Source: Cyanobacteria bacterium auto_48_18
GTDB taxonomy: Bacteria > Cyanobacteriota > Vampirovibrionia > Obscuribacterales > Obscuribacteraceae
NCBI GenBank assembly: GCA_036170915.1
Contig: JAVHQC010000036.1
Span: 160,001-224,000 of the forward strand
DNA length: 64,000 nt
Reading direction: 5' to 3'
The notes beneath the pieces are model-generated. The model saw only the letters and a list, made by a program, of their open reading frames with translations, searched no databases and had not been told where the DNA came from. Both the position numbers and the translations under genes were made by a program. Below are positions 50,290 to 60,267 of the stretch, piece by piece (position 1 is the first letter of the stretch; every line of letters begins with the position of its first letter).

Positions 50290-51818
50290 TTATCTGACTT
50301 AAAGACACCACGCATGATTTTGCGTTTGGCTCTACCAGCAACACCCCTGATCTGCGACGTAAGAGTGGGTTCCACTGGCAATGGCTCTCGGTTCTGTACG
50401 CCGGCATCATAGCCCCTTTGATAAGCATCAGAATAGGCGGCGCGAATTGCCGCATCATATCCACGATCAAAGCCGGCAGCAATCCAGGGCACCGCTTTTT
50501 TCAAAACAAACTCTTCGCCGTCATGTGTAAGTGAGTCGCCCAGAGACTTTGCCACAACTGCAAAACCATTTTGCGCTTTAGAATTTCGCGCTCTGAAATT
50601 AGTTAATGCCTGCTGGTAGACTTTTAAGCTCAAATCGTAATTGGTACCAAGATCGCAGACCTGGTGCAAATTCTCTAAACCCTTCTTCGACAAGTTCTCA
50701 CGTAAATTCTGATCTGAAGCCACTTTGATTAGACCGTCAGCTAAAGCGGCCGGATCTTTGGGTTCTACCAGGATGACAGTTTCACCTGCAATTTGATATT
50801 CCGGCAGACCACCAACACTGGTGGCAACACAACAAGCTCCGCAACTTTGTGCTTCTAAAAGACTGTAGCAAGCAGTTTCATAACGCGAGGGGAAAACGCA
50901 AATATCGGTTTCCATAATTAATTCCTGAATTCTTTCACGTGATAAAAATCCAGTAAAAGTAACCTTCTCACTCAGACCAAGTTCATCCAAACGCTTACGC
51001 AGAGTCTGTGCTTGTGAGGTAAAGACACCGTATTCAGTGCAATCATTGCCGCCAAGAATCAGGTGTGCTGCGGGAAATTGTTTGAGAACAGCTGGTAAAG
51101 CTTCGATTAACGTATCAGTGCCTTTCTGCCTCTGCACGCGACCCCAGAAAAATATCTTGGGAAAATTTTCACCAGCGGCAAAGGACGCCTTTAGCGGCGA
51201 ACCAGGTGGAGTGACAAAAGCGGTACGAATGACGTGGAAATCTTCAATTGGTTTGCCAATCAACCCATTGAGACGGTGCGCCAGTTCTCGACAAATAACA
51301 ATGACTGCGTCTGCCTCAGCCACAGGAGCCAACTCGAGAGCCTCAATCATGGCGGTGTCTGGGTCAGCGTACTTGCCAACATCGTTACTCTTAATTAGCT
51401 GCGAAAGCGAACCATAGCAACGCACCACCACCGGATACTTCTTCTCAGCAGCAAAGAAAAAGCCCAGTCCGTTGAATTCCTGGCACTCAATTAAATCGGG
51501 GGCGAATTCTTCTAGTATTTTTTTAGAACCTTCAAAAAGATCCTTAGCCCGTGCCACATGGCGATTATAGTTCTCCACCGACGGCAAGCCCGAAAAAGCT
51601 TGATAACGCTCGAAGTCGATGCGCTTGCGAAATACTTTTATGCCCGCCACTTCAATTACATCGGTGCAGCAGTCAGTAACAGTTTCAGGATGCAAGGTCA
51701 AGACAAGAACTTCATGGCCTTCTTCTTTGAGCTTGAGGGCGAAATACCATGTAGCAGGGAAACCCGGTTCTTCGTCGACTGTTGAAGGAAATGTTCCGAC
51801 TACCATTGCAATGCGCAT
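50286..51818 (-). CDS. Glycosyltransferase family 4
   Basis: GRVQRQKG, FPSRYE...SLLEA, VGGLPE. Confidence 0.92.
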   Translation of the reverse strand: MRIAMVVGTFPSTVDEEPGFPATWYFALKLKEEGHEVLVLTLHPETVTDCCTDVIEVAGIKVFRKRIDFERYQAFSGLPSVENYNRHVARAKDLFEGSKKILEEFAPDLIECQEFNGLGFFFAAEKKYPVVVRCYGSLSQLIKSNDVGKYADPDTAMIEALELAPVAEADAVIVICRELAHRLNGLIGKPIEDFHVIRTAFVTPPGSPLKASFAAGENFPKIFFWGRVQRQKGTDTLIEALPAVLKQFPAAHLILGGNDCTEYGVFTSQAQTLRKRLDELGLSEKVTFTGFLSRERIQELIMETDICVFPSRYETACYSLLEAQSCGACCVATSVGGLPEYQIAGETVILVEPKDPAALADGLIKVASDQNLRENLSKKGLENLHQVCDLGTNYDLSLKVYQQALTNFRARNSKAQNGFAVVAKSLGDSLTHDGEEFVLKKAVPWIAAGFDRGYDAAIRAAYSDAYQRGYDAGVQNREPLPVEPTLTSQIRGVAGRAKRKIMRGVFKSDN

Positions 51819-51977
51819 TTAATTCATGACCTGTTGTCTAGCGCTGCAAGTGAATGAGAGTACTGCCATAAAATAAGGAGACCAAACCAGGCAATCAGAC
51901 TGGAACCTCGCAACAGGCCCAGTATAACCCGGCCTACTCTTGACAAAACTCAAAGTAAATTAAGATATTTCTATAAC

Positions 51978-52175
51978 AAAAAACCGCCCGAACCAGTCGC
52001 GGCGGCGTTCTTGCTACTGTCTGACTGTCCGTTGCAGGACTCAGTATTTCACCGCGATTCAGTCAGTCCTTCACGCGATGCGGGCTCTCTGTGATGTTTC
52101 CGGAAGGCGCCTTCCTGAAGTTTCTACAGCACCCCTCGGCTTAATGTGACCACTTCGCTTAGTCACGCACCGTAT
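51978..52175 (-). ncRNA. Candidate ~200-nt structured non-coding RNA (6S-like or unknown)
   Basis: TGA-TACTCT extended -10 at 52182-52190, several stems, GC-rich terminator plus T6. Confidence 0.55.
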
Positions 52176-52373
52176 ACACTCAGAGTATCAAGGCGCCACC
52201 CGGCGAGGAAGTACCCCGTTTTTGATTTAAGCAAAACTATTTTTAGATGGCTCAGGTACGCCAGTAAAGCACTGCAAGTATCGGCCAAGGCATTTGCAGG
52301 TTGAACTAGACTAATGGAGCCATTCGCCATAAATTTGCCTCATAAGCCACATATTCTCATATAATGTTCGAGT

Positions 52374-52446
<73 letters not shown>

Positions 52447-52489
52447 AATTTTAAAATCTGTAAAGCCTAAAGTTGAAAGAAGAGACTGC

Positions 52490-53536
52490 ATGACAATCGC
52501 TCGTTCCATCCAAATTGCTGCAGCTTCGATCATAACCCTGATAGCCCTTCTGCCGTCAGCCGAGGGAGCAGCGCCCGACAACGAATATAACGAAGGCTTG
52601 AAGGCTTACGCAGCTAAAAATTACCAAGCAGCGTCAGAACATTTTGGCAAGTCAATTCAAAACGGCAATAAGTCTGCTGCAGTATGGTTGTACAGCGGTC
52701 ACTGCTTTGTTGCTCTGGGGCAAATTGCGCGAGCCAATCAAACATACGAAATTATCACAAAGTCATTTAAGGGCACAGAAGAAGCTAAGTCGGCAGCTGC
52801 TTCGATGGAAGCTGTTAGAGCCAGAGGTGGCGCTGCAGGAAACACACCCAGCACCACCACTAGCACCGCTCCTGGTGCCTCAGCTAAGGGAACGGCTGTG
52901 CCGGTAACACCTGGCGCAGAAGGCTTAATCACTAGAATATTTATTACAGCTCCTCAGTTTTCACATAAGCCTGTCAGTCAAGCTACTATTAATGCCGCCA
53001 AGGAAGCAGTGGCCGCGCTGCCTGCTCCCTTGCGTAAAAAATTAGACGACGATGCCGAAACCCGCATTACGATCTCACCAAACATGATTGATCGCTGGCC
53101 CGAGTCTGCCAAAGATTTGCCTGAAGATAATCCGGCCCTGACTATGGCTGAATTGCCAGGTAGAATTTATGGCAAAGATATGAATGTTTATGAGCGGCCA
53201 AAGTTTCGTGGTAGCACCGCATTGAAAGATGCCAGGCCACCGAAATTTATTCGTTTGCAAGTGGGCAACATGTGTTTTCAATTATTGGACGACATGATGA
53301 CTATTTCTAAAGATCCGGCCTTGCGCAAAGAATGGGAGGCCGATAAAGAGAATGTGCCACCAGGCATGGTGGAACAGCTGGCTACCTTTATGAAAGAAGA
53401 CGACTGGGGCCCCAGAGAGACCTGCTCTGAATTGTTCGGCTCGATGATCGGCGGTTATGACGAAAATACTGAACCTCTTTATCGCTATTTTACGCGAACA
53501 AAAAAATGGCTGGCAGCAAAAATGGGTCTCAAATAA
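52490..53536 (+). CDS. Secreted TPR protein with degenerate metallopeptidase-like C-terminal domain
   Basis: Signal peptide, N-terminal TPR, Thr/Ala linker, C-terminal domain ending RETCSELF...YFTRT. Confidence 0.7.
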   Translation: MTIARSIQIAAASIITLIALLPSAEGAAPDNEYNEGLKAYAAKNYQAASEHFGKSIQNGNKSAAVWLYSGHCFVALGQIARANQTYEIITKSFKGTEEAKSAAASMEAVRARGGAAGNTPSTTTSTAPGASAKGTAVPVTPGAEGLITRIFITAPQFSHKPVSQATINAAKEAVAALPAPLRKKLDDDAETRITISPNMIDRWPESAKDLPEDNPALTMAELPGRIYGKDMNVYERPKFRGSTALKDARPPKFIRLQVGNMCFQLLDDMMTISKDPALRKEWEADKENVPPGMVEQLATFMKEDDWGPRETCSELFGSMIGGYDENTEPLYRYFTRTKKWLAAKMGLK

Positions 53537-53549
53537 CTGGCAACACTGT

Positions 53550-54296
53550 TCAGATTTGTTGCTCGCGCTTTAGAGTTTCGAACCAGACACGTCTAATTTC
53601 ACTAGCACCAAGATAGCTGGGCTCAATGGGCTGCAGCGGGCAATACCAGAAGTTATCTTTATGACCGCATTCGGCCCCGTGACCCTGAAAATGCGAATAG
53701 ACGTCAGCTAAGATGGCCTTCTGCCTCCTGGCGCACGACGCAATAAAGATATTAAATTGCTCGATAAAAGTAACTGGCAGTGTTCCTGTTCCCATAGTTG
53801 TAGAAGGTAAGATACCGGTACCATCTGTAGGGTCATAAAGGGTAGTCAACAAAATTGTGCTGGCAGGAACAGTTGCCTTAATCAATTTGAGCAGCTGCAA
53901 ATAGCGCGTATGTACTTCTTGTGTGGCACTGGTAAGCGCGCGCACATTGGTGCTGGGAATGTTCTTGAAGATGGCCAGCAGATCGTTACCACCGATAGTG
54001 AGAGTAATCAGACAATGATTAGTGGAATACTGATTCAATTGCTTGATGCGTTCTTCAAAAAGCATGTCTTCGGTGGTGGCATCATCGTAAGCGAGATTAG
54101 CAAATTTCAAACCCGGACGAATAGAAGCAAGGTCGTGACCGGCTAATTCTGGAAAGAGTTGAGATTCATTTTTATAAAGAAGTGCCGCGGCTCCAATATC
54201 TTTGCGACAATTCAAGCCGCGTCTCTCGGCGTCACCAGCAGGATAGTCGTCGAGGGTCATTGAATCGCCCATGGCAATATAATATTCGAATGACAA
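53550..54296 (-). CDS. SGNH/GDSL hydrolase family protein
   Basis: MGDS block I, TIGGNDL block III, LYDP. Confidence 0.85.
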   Translation of the reverse strand: MSFEYYIAMGDSMTLDDYPAGDAERRGLNCRKDIGAAALLYKNESQLFPELAGHDLASIRPGLKFANLAYDDATTEDMLFEERIKQLNQYSTNHCLITLTIGGNDLLAIFKNIPSTNVRALTSATQEVHTRYLQLLKLIKATVPASTILLTTLYDPTDGTGILPSTTMGTGTLPVTFIEQFNIFIASCARRQKAILADVYSHFQGHGAECGHKDNFWYCPLQPIEPSYLGASEIRRVWFETLKREQQI

Positions 54297-54328
54297 AAGC
54301 TGCTCCCAATCGTTCTTTTGCTGCTGAA

Positions 54329-54739
54329 TTACAAATCAGATTTTTTGCTTGCATCAAGGATGCAGAGCATCATTCCTACACCTTCAGCTGTATCAATCAT
54401 TGACACCGTAAAGTTAATTGGAATCTCAAGGCCTGATTTTTTTGACCCGCGCCCTACGATAATTCCGTCAGAGCAGCACTTGGCAAGCCGCGTTGCCAGT
54501 TCTTGTTCAGAATATGGCGATTGAATAAATTTGCTGATATTGCGACCGCATATATCGCGTGAGTCAAGCTCAGAAAGAATCTCGAATTGATCAGTAACTG
54601 CTTCCACGCGACCATCCATGGCAATAAAGACAACCCCAGCAGGAATCGCTCCGAGGATGCCCTTGAGACGCAACTCCATTTCATCTAATTTTTCTAGATA
54701 GGCAGAATCTTCAGGCACCACTTCAATATCACTCATCAA
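54329..54739 (-). CDS. Stand-alone PAS domain protein
   Basis: RLKGILGAIPAGVVFIAMDGRV, GRNISKFI, KKSGLEIPI PAC-like end. Confidence 0.78.
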   Translation of the reverse strand: MMSDIEVVPEDSAYLEKLDEMELRLKGILGAIPAGVVFIAMDGRVEAVTDQFEILSELDSRDICGRNISKFIQSPYSEQELATRLAKCCSDGIIVGRGSKKSGLEIPINFTVSMIDTAEGVGMMLCILDASKKSDL

Positions 54740-54852
54740 TAAAACCGTTTATGTAGTTCAACATTACTACACTTCACTATTTGACGTTAGAGATATACAA
54801 TGCATAGCTCGAAGTATTGAACATAACCTTCGGCAAATCATTGGAGAAAAAA

Positions 54853-55440
54853 ATGGCGCTGACAACATCGACAATGCTGGCTTTAGGCACGAAAGCTCCA
54901 GATTTCAATTTAAAAGATGTGGTGACTAATCTAGATATTTCACTGAGCACATTTAAAGACTATAAAATTCTGTTGGTAATGTTTATCTGCAAGCATTGCC
55001 CATATGTAGTGCATATCAAAGACGAAATTTTGCGCGTATCGCGTGATTTCTCTGAACAAGATGTGGCCTTTGTAGCCATCTCCAGCAACGATGCTGTGGC
55101 TTATCCTGATGACTCACCTGAAAGCTTGAAGCAATTTGCCATCGATAATTCTTTGCCGTTTATTCTCTGTTTTGACCCCACTCAAGAAGTTGCAAAAGCT
55201 TACAGCGCCGCCTGCACTCCTGATTTCTTCCTCTTTGACAAAGCGCGCTCTCTTGTCTATCGCGGTCAGTTAGACGACAGCAGACCAGGCAACAACATTC
55301 CACTGACCGGGCACGACTTGCGCAACGCCATTGATGCCGCACTGACTGACAAAGCCCAGAGCATTGATCAAAAACCCAGTGTGGGCTGCAATATCAAATG
55401 GAAGGCCGGCAACGAACCAAGTTATTTCGCTCTCAAATAA
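54853..55440 (+). CDS. Thioredoxin-fold AhpC/TSA family protein
   Basis: APDFNL, FICKHCPYV, AACTPDFFLFD, YRGQLDD, GCNIKW. Confidence 0.92.
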   Translation: MALTTSTMLALGTKAPDFNLKDVVTNLDISLSTFKDYKILLVMFICKHCPYVVHIKDEILRVSRDFSEQDVAFVAISSNDAVAYPDDSPESLKQFAIDNSLPFILCFDPTQEVAKAYSAACTPDFFLFDKARSLVYRGQLDDSRPGNNIPLTGHDLRNAIDAALTDKAQSIDQKPSVGCNIKWKAGNEPSYFALK

Positions 55441-55566
55441 TCTGTATATACATTTGACTGTGAATATTTATTAACTACGAAAAGCCGCTGCCAGTCGCTA
55501 TTCTAGACATGTTGTCATGTTGTGACAGCGTAACTACAAATGTGTGCAGTCAATTGTGTGTAGTCA

Positions 55567-56232
55567 ATGAATCAAGCGCGAGCTGATTTCGATCGAAAAA
55601 ATATCGATCTCAGCCAGAAAATAATTGATAACTACAGATCAGTGACGCAGACGGTGCGCCCTGATTACGTGGCATATCTGACACAAAAGTCATTTGCATA
55701 CTCTGAACGCGCTAAAGAAACTGCCCGCAATAGTGAACGCGCTCAAGCCCTGATCGAGCAAGCGATGGTCGCTCTAGTGGACAGACTCTACGGTCTTCTT
55801 GAAGCCTACACACAAGAAATTAATCGCGTAAATTGCGCCCAACAACTTCACCTTACTTGCGTTGCGCCAAGTCGCCCCAGTGAAGCGCTTGAGCTGAACA
55901 GACAGCGCCAGGCATCTAAAACAACCAGTTTTTATCGCACAAGATTTTCCACAAGCAAGTTTAGTTTAGTCATTCGCGGCATGCAGAATCGTGTGGAATT
56001 TTTCCTGATTGCTGCAGATAGAGTCATGGGTCTATCTCATGAAGAGTCTCGCTATGAGCCGCTCATGGTTTTTGAAGCAGAAGTAGAATTAGACGCGGCG
56101 AACGGTACTTGTGAGCTAAACTGGATGGTGGAGAATAAAAATCTCACAGCCGATCGTTTTGAACGATACAGCTTGCTCGCGCTTGAACATCTGATCGATA
56201 GAACGCAAGAAGAGCTAGGCGGCCTCACATAG
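55567..56232 (+). CDS. Hypothetical protein, paralog of 62822..63928
   Basis: Long ORF with visible similarity to ORF 62822. Confidence 0.72.
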   Translation: MNQARADFDRKNIDLSQKIIDNYRSVTQTVRPDYVAYLTQKSFAYSERAKETARNSERAQALIEQAMVALVDRLYGLLEAYTQEINRVNCAQQLHLTCVAPSRPSEALELNRQRQASKTTSFYRTRFSTSKFSLVIRGMQNRVEFFLIAADRVMGLSHEESRYEPLMVFEAEVELDAANGTCELNWMVENKNLTADRFERYSLLALEHLIDRTQEELGGLT

Positions 56233-56249
56233 AGAAGCTATCACAGTCT

Positions 56250-57107
56250 TTGCTTGCTCACCTTAACTATCTCGCCATGGAAATTGGCGAGCGCAACATA
56301 CACAACCCGGGTTCTCTGACAAAAACTGCCGACTACATCTTGCAGCAGTTTGAAAGTTGTGGAATGGCTGCAGAACTGGATCAATTCGAATTTCAAAAAA
56401 CAGAATTCGCCAATGTGATTTTTAGACTTCCAGGCACCGTTGCAGCAGATCAAATTATTGTTGTTGGCGCCCACTATGATTCTGTACCGGGCTCACCTGG
56501 GGCAAACGACAATGGCACAGGTGTGGCTGCGCTCCTCACCATTGCCGAATTGATTAAAGACTGTGCGCTAGAAAAATCGATTCATTTCGTCGCATTCGTC
56601 AACGAAGAGTCACCGTATTTTGCCGGCGATGGCATGGGCAGCCTAAATTATGCTCGCAGGTGCCGCGCGCGCAATGACAAAATAAGTGCAATGTTTTCGC
56701 TGGAGACCATGGGCTACTACAGCAGCGAGCCAGGAAGCCAAAGTTATCCCCCAGGCGTGAGCGGCTATCCAGATCAGGGTGACTTTATTGGCTTTGTCAG
56801 TAATTTGGCTTCAGCGAGCCTGCTAAGGCAAAGCACCGAGATTTTCGCCAATCATTCCAGTTTTCCCTTTCAGGCCATTGCCGCACCGGAAAGCGTAGCT
56901 GGTGTCTCGTTGTCTGACCACATGTGCTTCTGGCAAATGAATTATCCGGCCATTATGATCACTGATACTGCGCCCTTTCGCTATCCGCATTACCACACGG
57001 CTGAAGACCTTCCAGACAAAATCAATTTGCCAATGTTTACAGAACTGGTGAAGAACTTAGCTAAAACCTTTGCCGTACTTGCCGGAAGTAGCATCAAAGG
57101 GCTATAA
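56250..57107 (+). CDS. M28 family peptidase
   Basis: VGAHYDS, PGANDNGTG, FVNEE, SDH, YHTAED. Confidence 0.93.
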   Translation: MLAHLNYLAMEIGERNIHNPGSLTKTADYILQQFESCGMAAELDQFEFQKTEFANVIFRLPGTVAADQIIVVGAHYDSVPGSPGANDNGTGVAALLTIAELIKDCALEKSIHFVAFVNEESPYFAGDGMGSLNYARRCRARNDKISAMFSLETMGYYSSEPGSQSYPPGVSGYPDQGDFIGFVSNLASASLLRQSTEIFANHSSFPFQAIAAPESVAGVSLSDHMCFWQMNYPAIMITDTAPFRYPHYHTAEDLPDKINLPMFTELVKNLAKTFAVLAGSSIKGL

Positions 57108-57115
57108 CTACTTCC

Positions 57116-57736
57116 ATGGATTTCTTTGGCACAAAAAATACACCCGTATCTACTGACGCAGTGGCACAGTGGCTAGTCGACGCCCTTGTAGATGCCGAAA
57201 TCGAAAGTGATGAAGAAGAAGGTACCGGCGTCTGGTCACAAATCGCACTTTATCTCGACAATGGCGAGCCTGTGGCCGAAGTAGACCGCTTCGTTAGAGG
57301 TGATGAAGACTTTCATGAATATTTGGCCGATGTTGTGCGCATGCTTTTAGATGATGCTGAGCCAGTGATGCCCCATTCGGCCGTGCGCTGGCTCTGTCAG
57401 TATATGCACCAGGTGCAAGTGATTTATAGTTTTAAGCCACATCAAGCGCTCTATGACGAAAAGGGCTGGGCCATTTTCAATCAAGTCTGGACCAACCTGA
57501 AGAAATTAGAGCCAGGTATCGTGCATACTCAAGCTGAAGGCTTTACTAATGAGTCAGGCGACCAGATTACCTGGGAATTTCCCAAAGGTTCAGTCGGTGA
57601 CTGGAAAATGGCTGTGCTGAACGACGAAAATGATTGGGTCAAATTTACAATGGACCTTGCCAACCTGGAACAGCGTCAGTCATTTCAGGCCGGGAGGCTG
57701 CCGGATAATGTTGTCACAGCAGACATCGTCAAATAA
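57116..57736 (+). CDS. Hypothetical acidic protein
   Basis: 206-aa ORF in apparent operon with the M28 peptidase. Confidence 0.7.
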   Translation: MDFFGTKNTPVSTDAVAQWLVDALVDAEIESDEEEGTGVWSQIALYLDNGEPVAEVDRFVRGDEDFHEYLADVVRMLLDDAEPVMPHSAVRWLCQYMHQVQVIYSFKPHQALYDEKGWAIFNQVWTNLKKLEPGIVHTQAEGFTNESGDQITWEFPKGSVGDWKMAVLNDENDWVKFTMDLANLEQRQSFQAGRLPDNVVTADIVK

Positions 57737-57748
57737 CCTTTGCTTTCA

Positions 57749-57774
57749 GGCGGGGATCTAGAGTCGTCCCCGCC
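57749..57774. terminator. Hairpin between convergent genes
   Basis: GGCGGGGAT/GTCCCCGCC stem. Confidence 0.55.
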
Positions 57775-57797
57775 AACTTCGAAGGTTTCAGTCAGGT

Positions 57798-58136
57798 TTA
57801 GGCGCTGACCATAATAGGCATTGCTTCTTCGTCTTGTTCGCGATGAATTTCGCTAATCAAATAGCGCAGTTCTTTAATATCACCACTAATCTCAGCTTGC
57901 TGCAGAGTCAATAAGTTGAGTAAGCGATTGAAAGAAGTCAAAGCATCGTCGTGTTTGTCGATAGCAAATTGTGTCATGCCGAGATTGTAGATGTAGGGTA
58001 CAAGTTCGAATGACTCTTCACCAATTTCTTTTGATTTCAGCACAAGGGCTTTTTTGTAGAGCTTTTCTGCTTCTACATAGTTACCCTTTTCTTCGTGAAG
58101 TTCCGCTCTTTCCGAAACGTCTGCTGAATTTCTCAT
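57798..58136 (-). CDS. Small TPR protein
   Basis: GNYVEAEKLYKKAL, YNLG; AGGAG RBS. Confidence 0.8.
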   Translation of the reverse strand: MRNSADVSERAELHEEKGNYVEAEKLYKKALVLKSKEIGEESFELVPYIYNLGMTQFAIDKHDDALTSFNRLLNLLTLQQAEISGDIKELRYLISEIHREQDEEAMPIMVSA

Positions 58137-58842
58137 GATGTTCTCCTAGTATTACCGACAGTGGCACACACCATCGACGTGGCAAGGCCAACGTAGTTGA
58201 TGTAGTCAGTCGAATATTGGTTGTGTGGTATTTAAGCAGAAACCAAAATCGTGTTTTTGTCTGGTTAGACGAACAGCTCTGAAAGAGTGGCTGATGAAGC
58301 ATCTCTTGCAGTTACCACAACACAGGGAGCCAGGCATTCGGGCTTCAGAAGAAGGTGCCGAGCTAGGTGCGTATGGAGTTCGATTTCGTTTCTATGCAAA
58401 CATCATAAGCCCGGTCTCACACTTAACGCAATACGTCATGAATGATGCACTTTATATAACGGCGCTATATACAAGTCTGGAAAGGCAAACAGTGTCAACC
58501 TCATGAAAACGCCCACTATCAAGCCTCGCAGATGCGTCAAGATAAATTCTTCAAATACGTCACAGAGTTAGGGTTTCCAAAAGCTTAAATCACAAGCGCT
58601 AAAGATCCGCATGCTGACGGGCTTTTAAGGCGCATGACATGAACCCGACATCAAAAGCATATGCTTAATGATCCAAGTTATTGTTCAATCATCTGATTCT
58701 AAAGTGGCTGTATTATAGGGTTTCGTAGCAGAAAGCCAGAAGCGGCTGCCATGTCATCTCTTATATTGTTGCAGCTGCTTTCTTGCTATAACGGCCACAT
58801 AACACCACCTTCGTGATCCGCGACATATGTATGGAGCATTGA

Positions 58843-60240
58843 ATGACTAATCTCGCCAGCGAAGCGGCATTGGAAACGGGCGGACTGGGCGGTCACCCGC
58901 GCGGCCTGAACGTTTTATTTTTTACTGAACTGTGGGAACGCTTTAGTTATTACGGTATGCGTGCCGTACTGATGCCCTTTATGGTGGCGCCCGCGGTGCT
59001 TGGCGGGCTTGGATACACTGATGCACACGCCTCGGATATTTACGGTTGGTACACTATGAGCGTTTATCTCGCTTCGATTCCTGGTGGTCTAATAGCGGAC
59101 CGATTGATCGGAGCAAGGAAAGCAATACTAGTAGGGGGCATCGTCATAGCTCTCGGCCATTTCACTATGGCAATGCCTAACTTAGTCGGTTTCTTTAGTG
59201 GCCTCGCATTGATTGTGCTTGGTACTGGTTTGCTTAAACCAAATATAAGCACTATGGTTGGCCGCTTATATCACGCAAATGACGTCCGACGCGATGCCGG
59301 TTTCTCAATTTTTTACATGGGCATCAACTTGGGAGCAACCCTCTCACCGCTAGTCTGCGGACATTTAGCCCAAAGTGATCACTTCAAACAAGTTCTCGCG
59401 CAATATGGTTTATCAAAAGAATTGTGCTGGCATTTCGGCTTTGCAGCAGCTGGCGTCGGTATGTGTCTCGGTCTGGCGCATTTACTCTGGCACTGGCACC
59501 TACTAGATAAAATCGGTGGCAAATTTAAATGTGAAGTGCCACCGCCGGTTGAAGACGGAGTAGCAAAAAGTGATATATCCAAACCAATGTTCACCTCAGA
59601 GGAATGGAAGAAGTTGGGTGCGCTGTTGTGTCTGTTTGTATTTAACGCATTATTCTGGTCTATATACGAACAAGGCGGTTCGAGCCTTAACTTGTTTGCA
59701 GACCGATTGACTGACAATACTTTATTTGGCTTTGCCTTCCCTTCAAGCTGGCTACAATCATTTCAACCTGCCTACGTAATTGTATTAGCACCAATATTTT
59801 CGTGGTTGTGGATTAAGCTAGGCGATAAGCAACCATCTAGCCCGGCCAAATTTGCCATCGGCCTACTCTTCCTTGGTATTGGTATTGCCGTGATGGTACC
59901 GGCCGCGATACTAACTGCTCAGGGTAAAGTCAGCCCCATGTTTCTTATATCAGTATATTTTATCGAAACTATCGGCGAACTCTGCCTGAGTCCTGTAGGC
60001 CTAAGTACAGTGACCAAGCTTGCTCCCGCGCGTTTGGCCAGTCTGACCATGGGCGGATGGTTTGTTTCCATTGCTATTGGAAATAAAATGGCTGGATTTT
60101 TAAGTGGCTATTTTAAATCAGAATCAAGTGACGCCATGGCGTTCCTGTACGGAGCCATGGCAATTGCCGCCATTGGCGCAGCCGGTTTCCTTGCTACACT
60201 GACACCGTTTATCAAAAAACTCATGGGCTCAGTAAAATAA
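58843..60240 (+). CDS. POT/PTR family proton-dependent oligopeptide transporter (MFS)
   Basis: GHPRGL, ELWERFSYYGMR, GLLKPNIS, FYMGINLG, GELCLSPVG. Confidence 0.96.
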   Translation: MTNLASEAALETGGLGGHPRGLNVLFFTELWERFSYYGMRAVLMPFMVAPAVLGGLGYTDAHASDIYGWYTMSVYLASIPGGLIADRLIGARKAILVGGIVIALGHFTMAMPNLVGFFSGLALIVLGTGLLKPNISTMVGRLYHANDVRRDAGFSIFYMGINLGATLSPLVCGHLAQSDHFKQVLAQYGLSKELCWHFGFAAAGVGMCLGLAHLLWHWHLLDKIGGKFKCEVPPPVEDGVAKSDISKPMFTSEEWKKLGALLCLFVFNALFWSIYEQGGSSLNLFADRLTDNTLFGFAFPSSWLQSFQPAYVIVLAPIFSWLWIKLGDKQPSSPAKFAIGLLFLGIGIAVMVPAAILTAQGKVSPMFLISVYFIETIGELCLSPVGLSTVTKLAPARLASLTMGGWFVSIAIGNKMAGFLSGYFKSESSDAMAFLYGAMAIAAIGAAGFLATLTPFIKKLMGSVK

Positions 60241-60267
60241 ACTTCGATAACTCAAACGAGAAAAATA

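Noticed and set aside
50931..50946. parS-like site TCTTTCACGTGATAAA
   Set aside because: Three mismatches to TGTTTCACGTGAAACA, single copy, inside a CDS
52100..52175. Glycine, ZTP, SAM-I, T-box or group II intron identity for the structured RNA
   Set aside because: Only short fragments match (GCCGAGG..CTTCAGG, GTGACT..GCGAAGTGG, GTGCG); diagnostic cores such as GGAGA, CTGGGC, GGTGGNACC and domain V are missing
58081..58506. Short ORFs 58225-58506 and 58081-58302 as genes
   Set aside because: No clear RBS or protein-like motifs; more likely regulatory DNA
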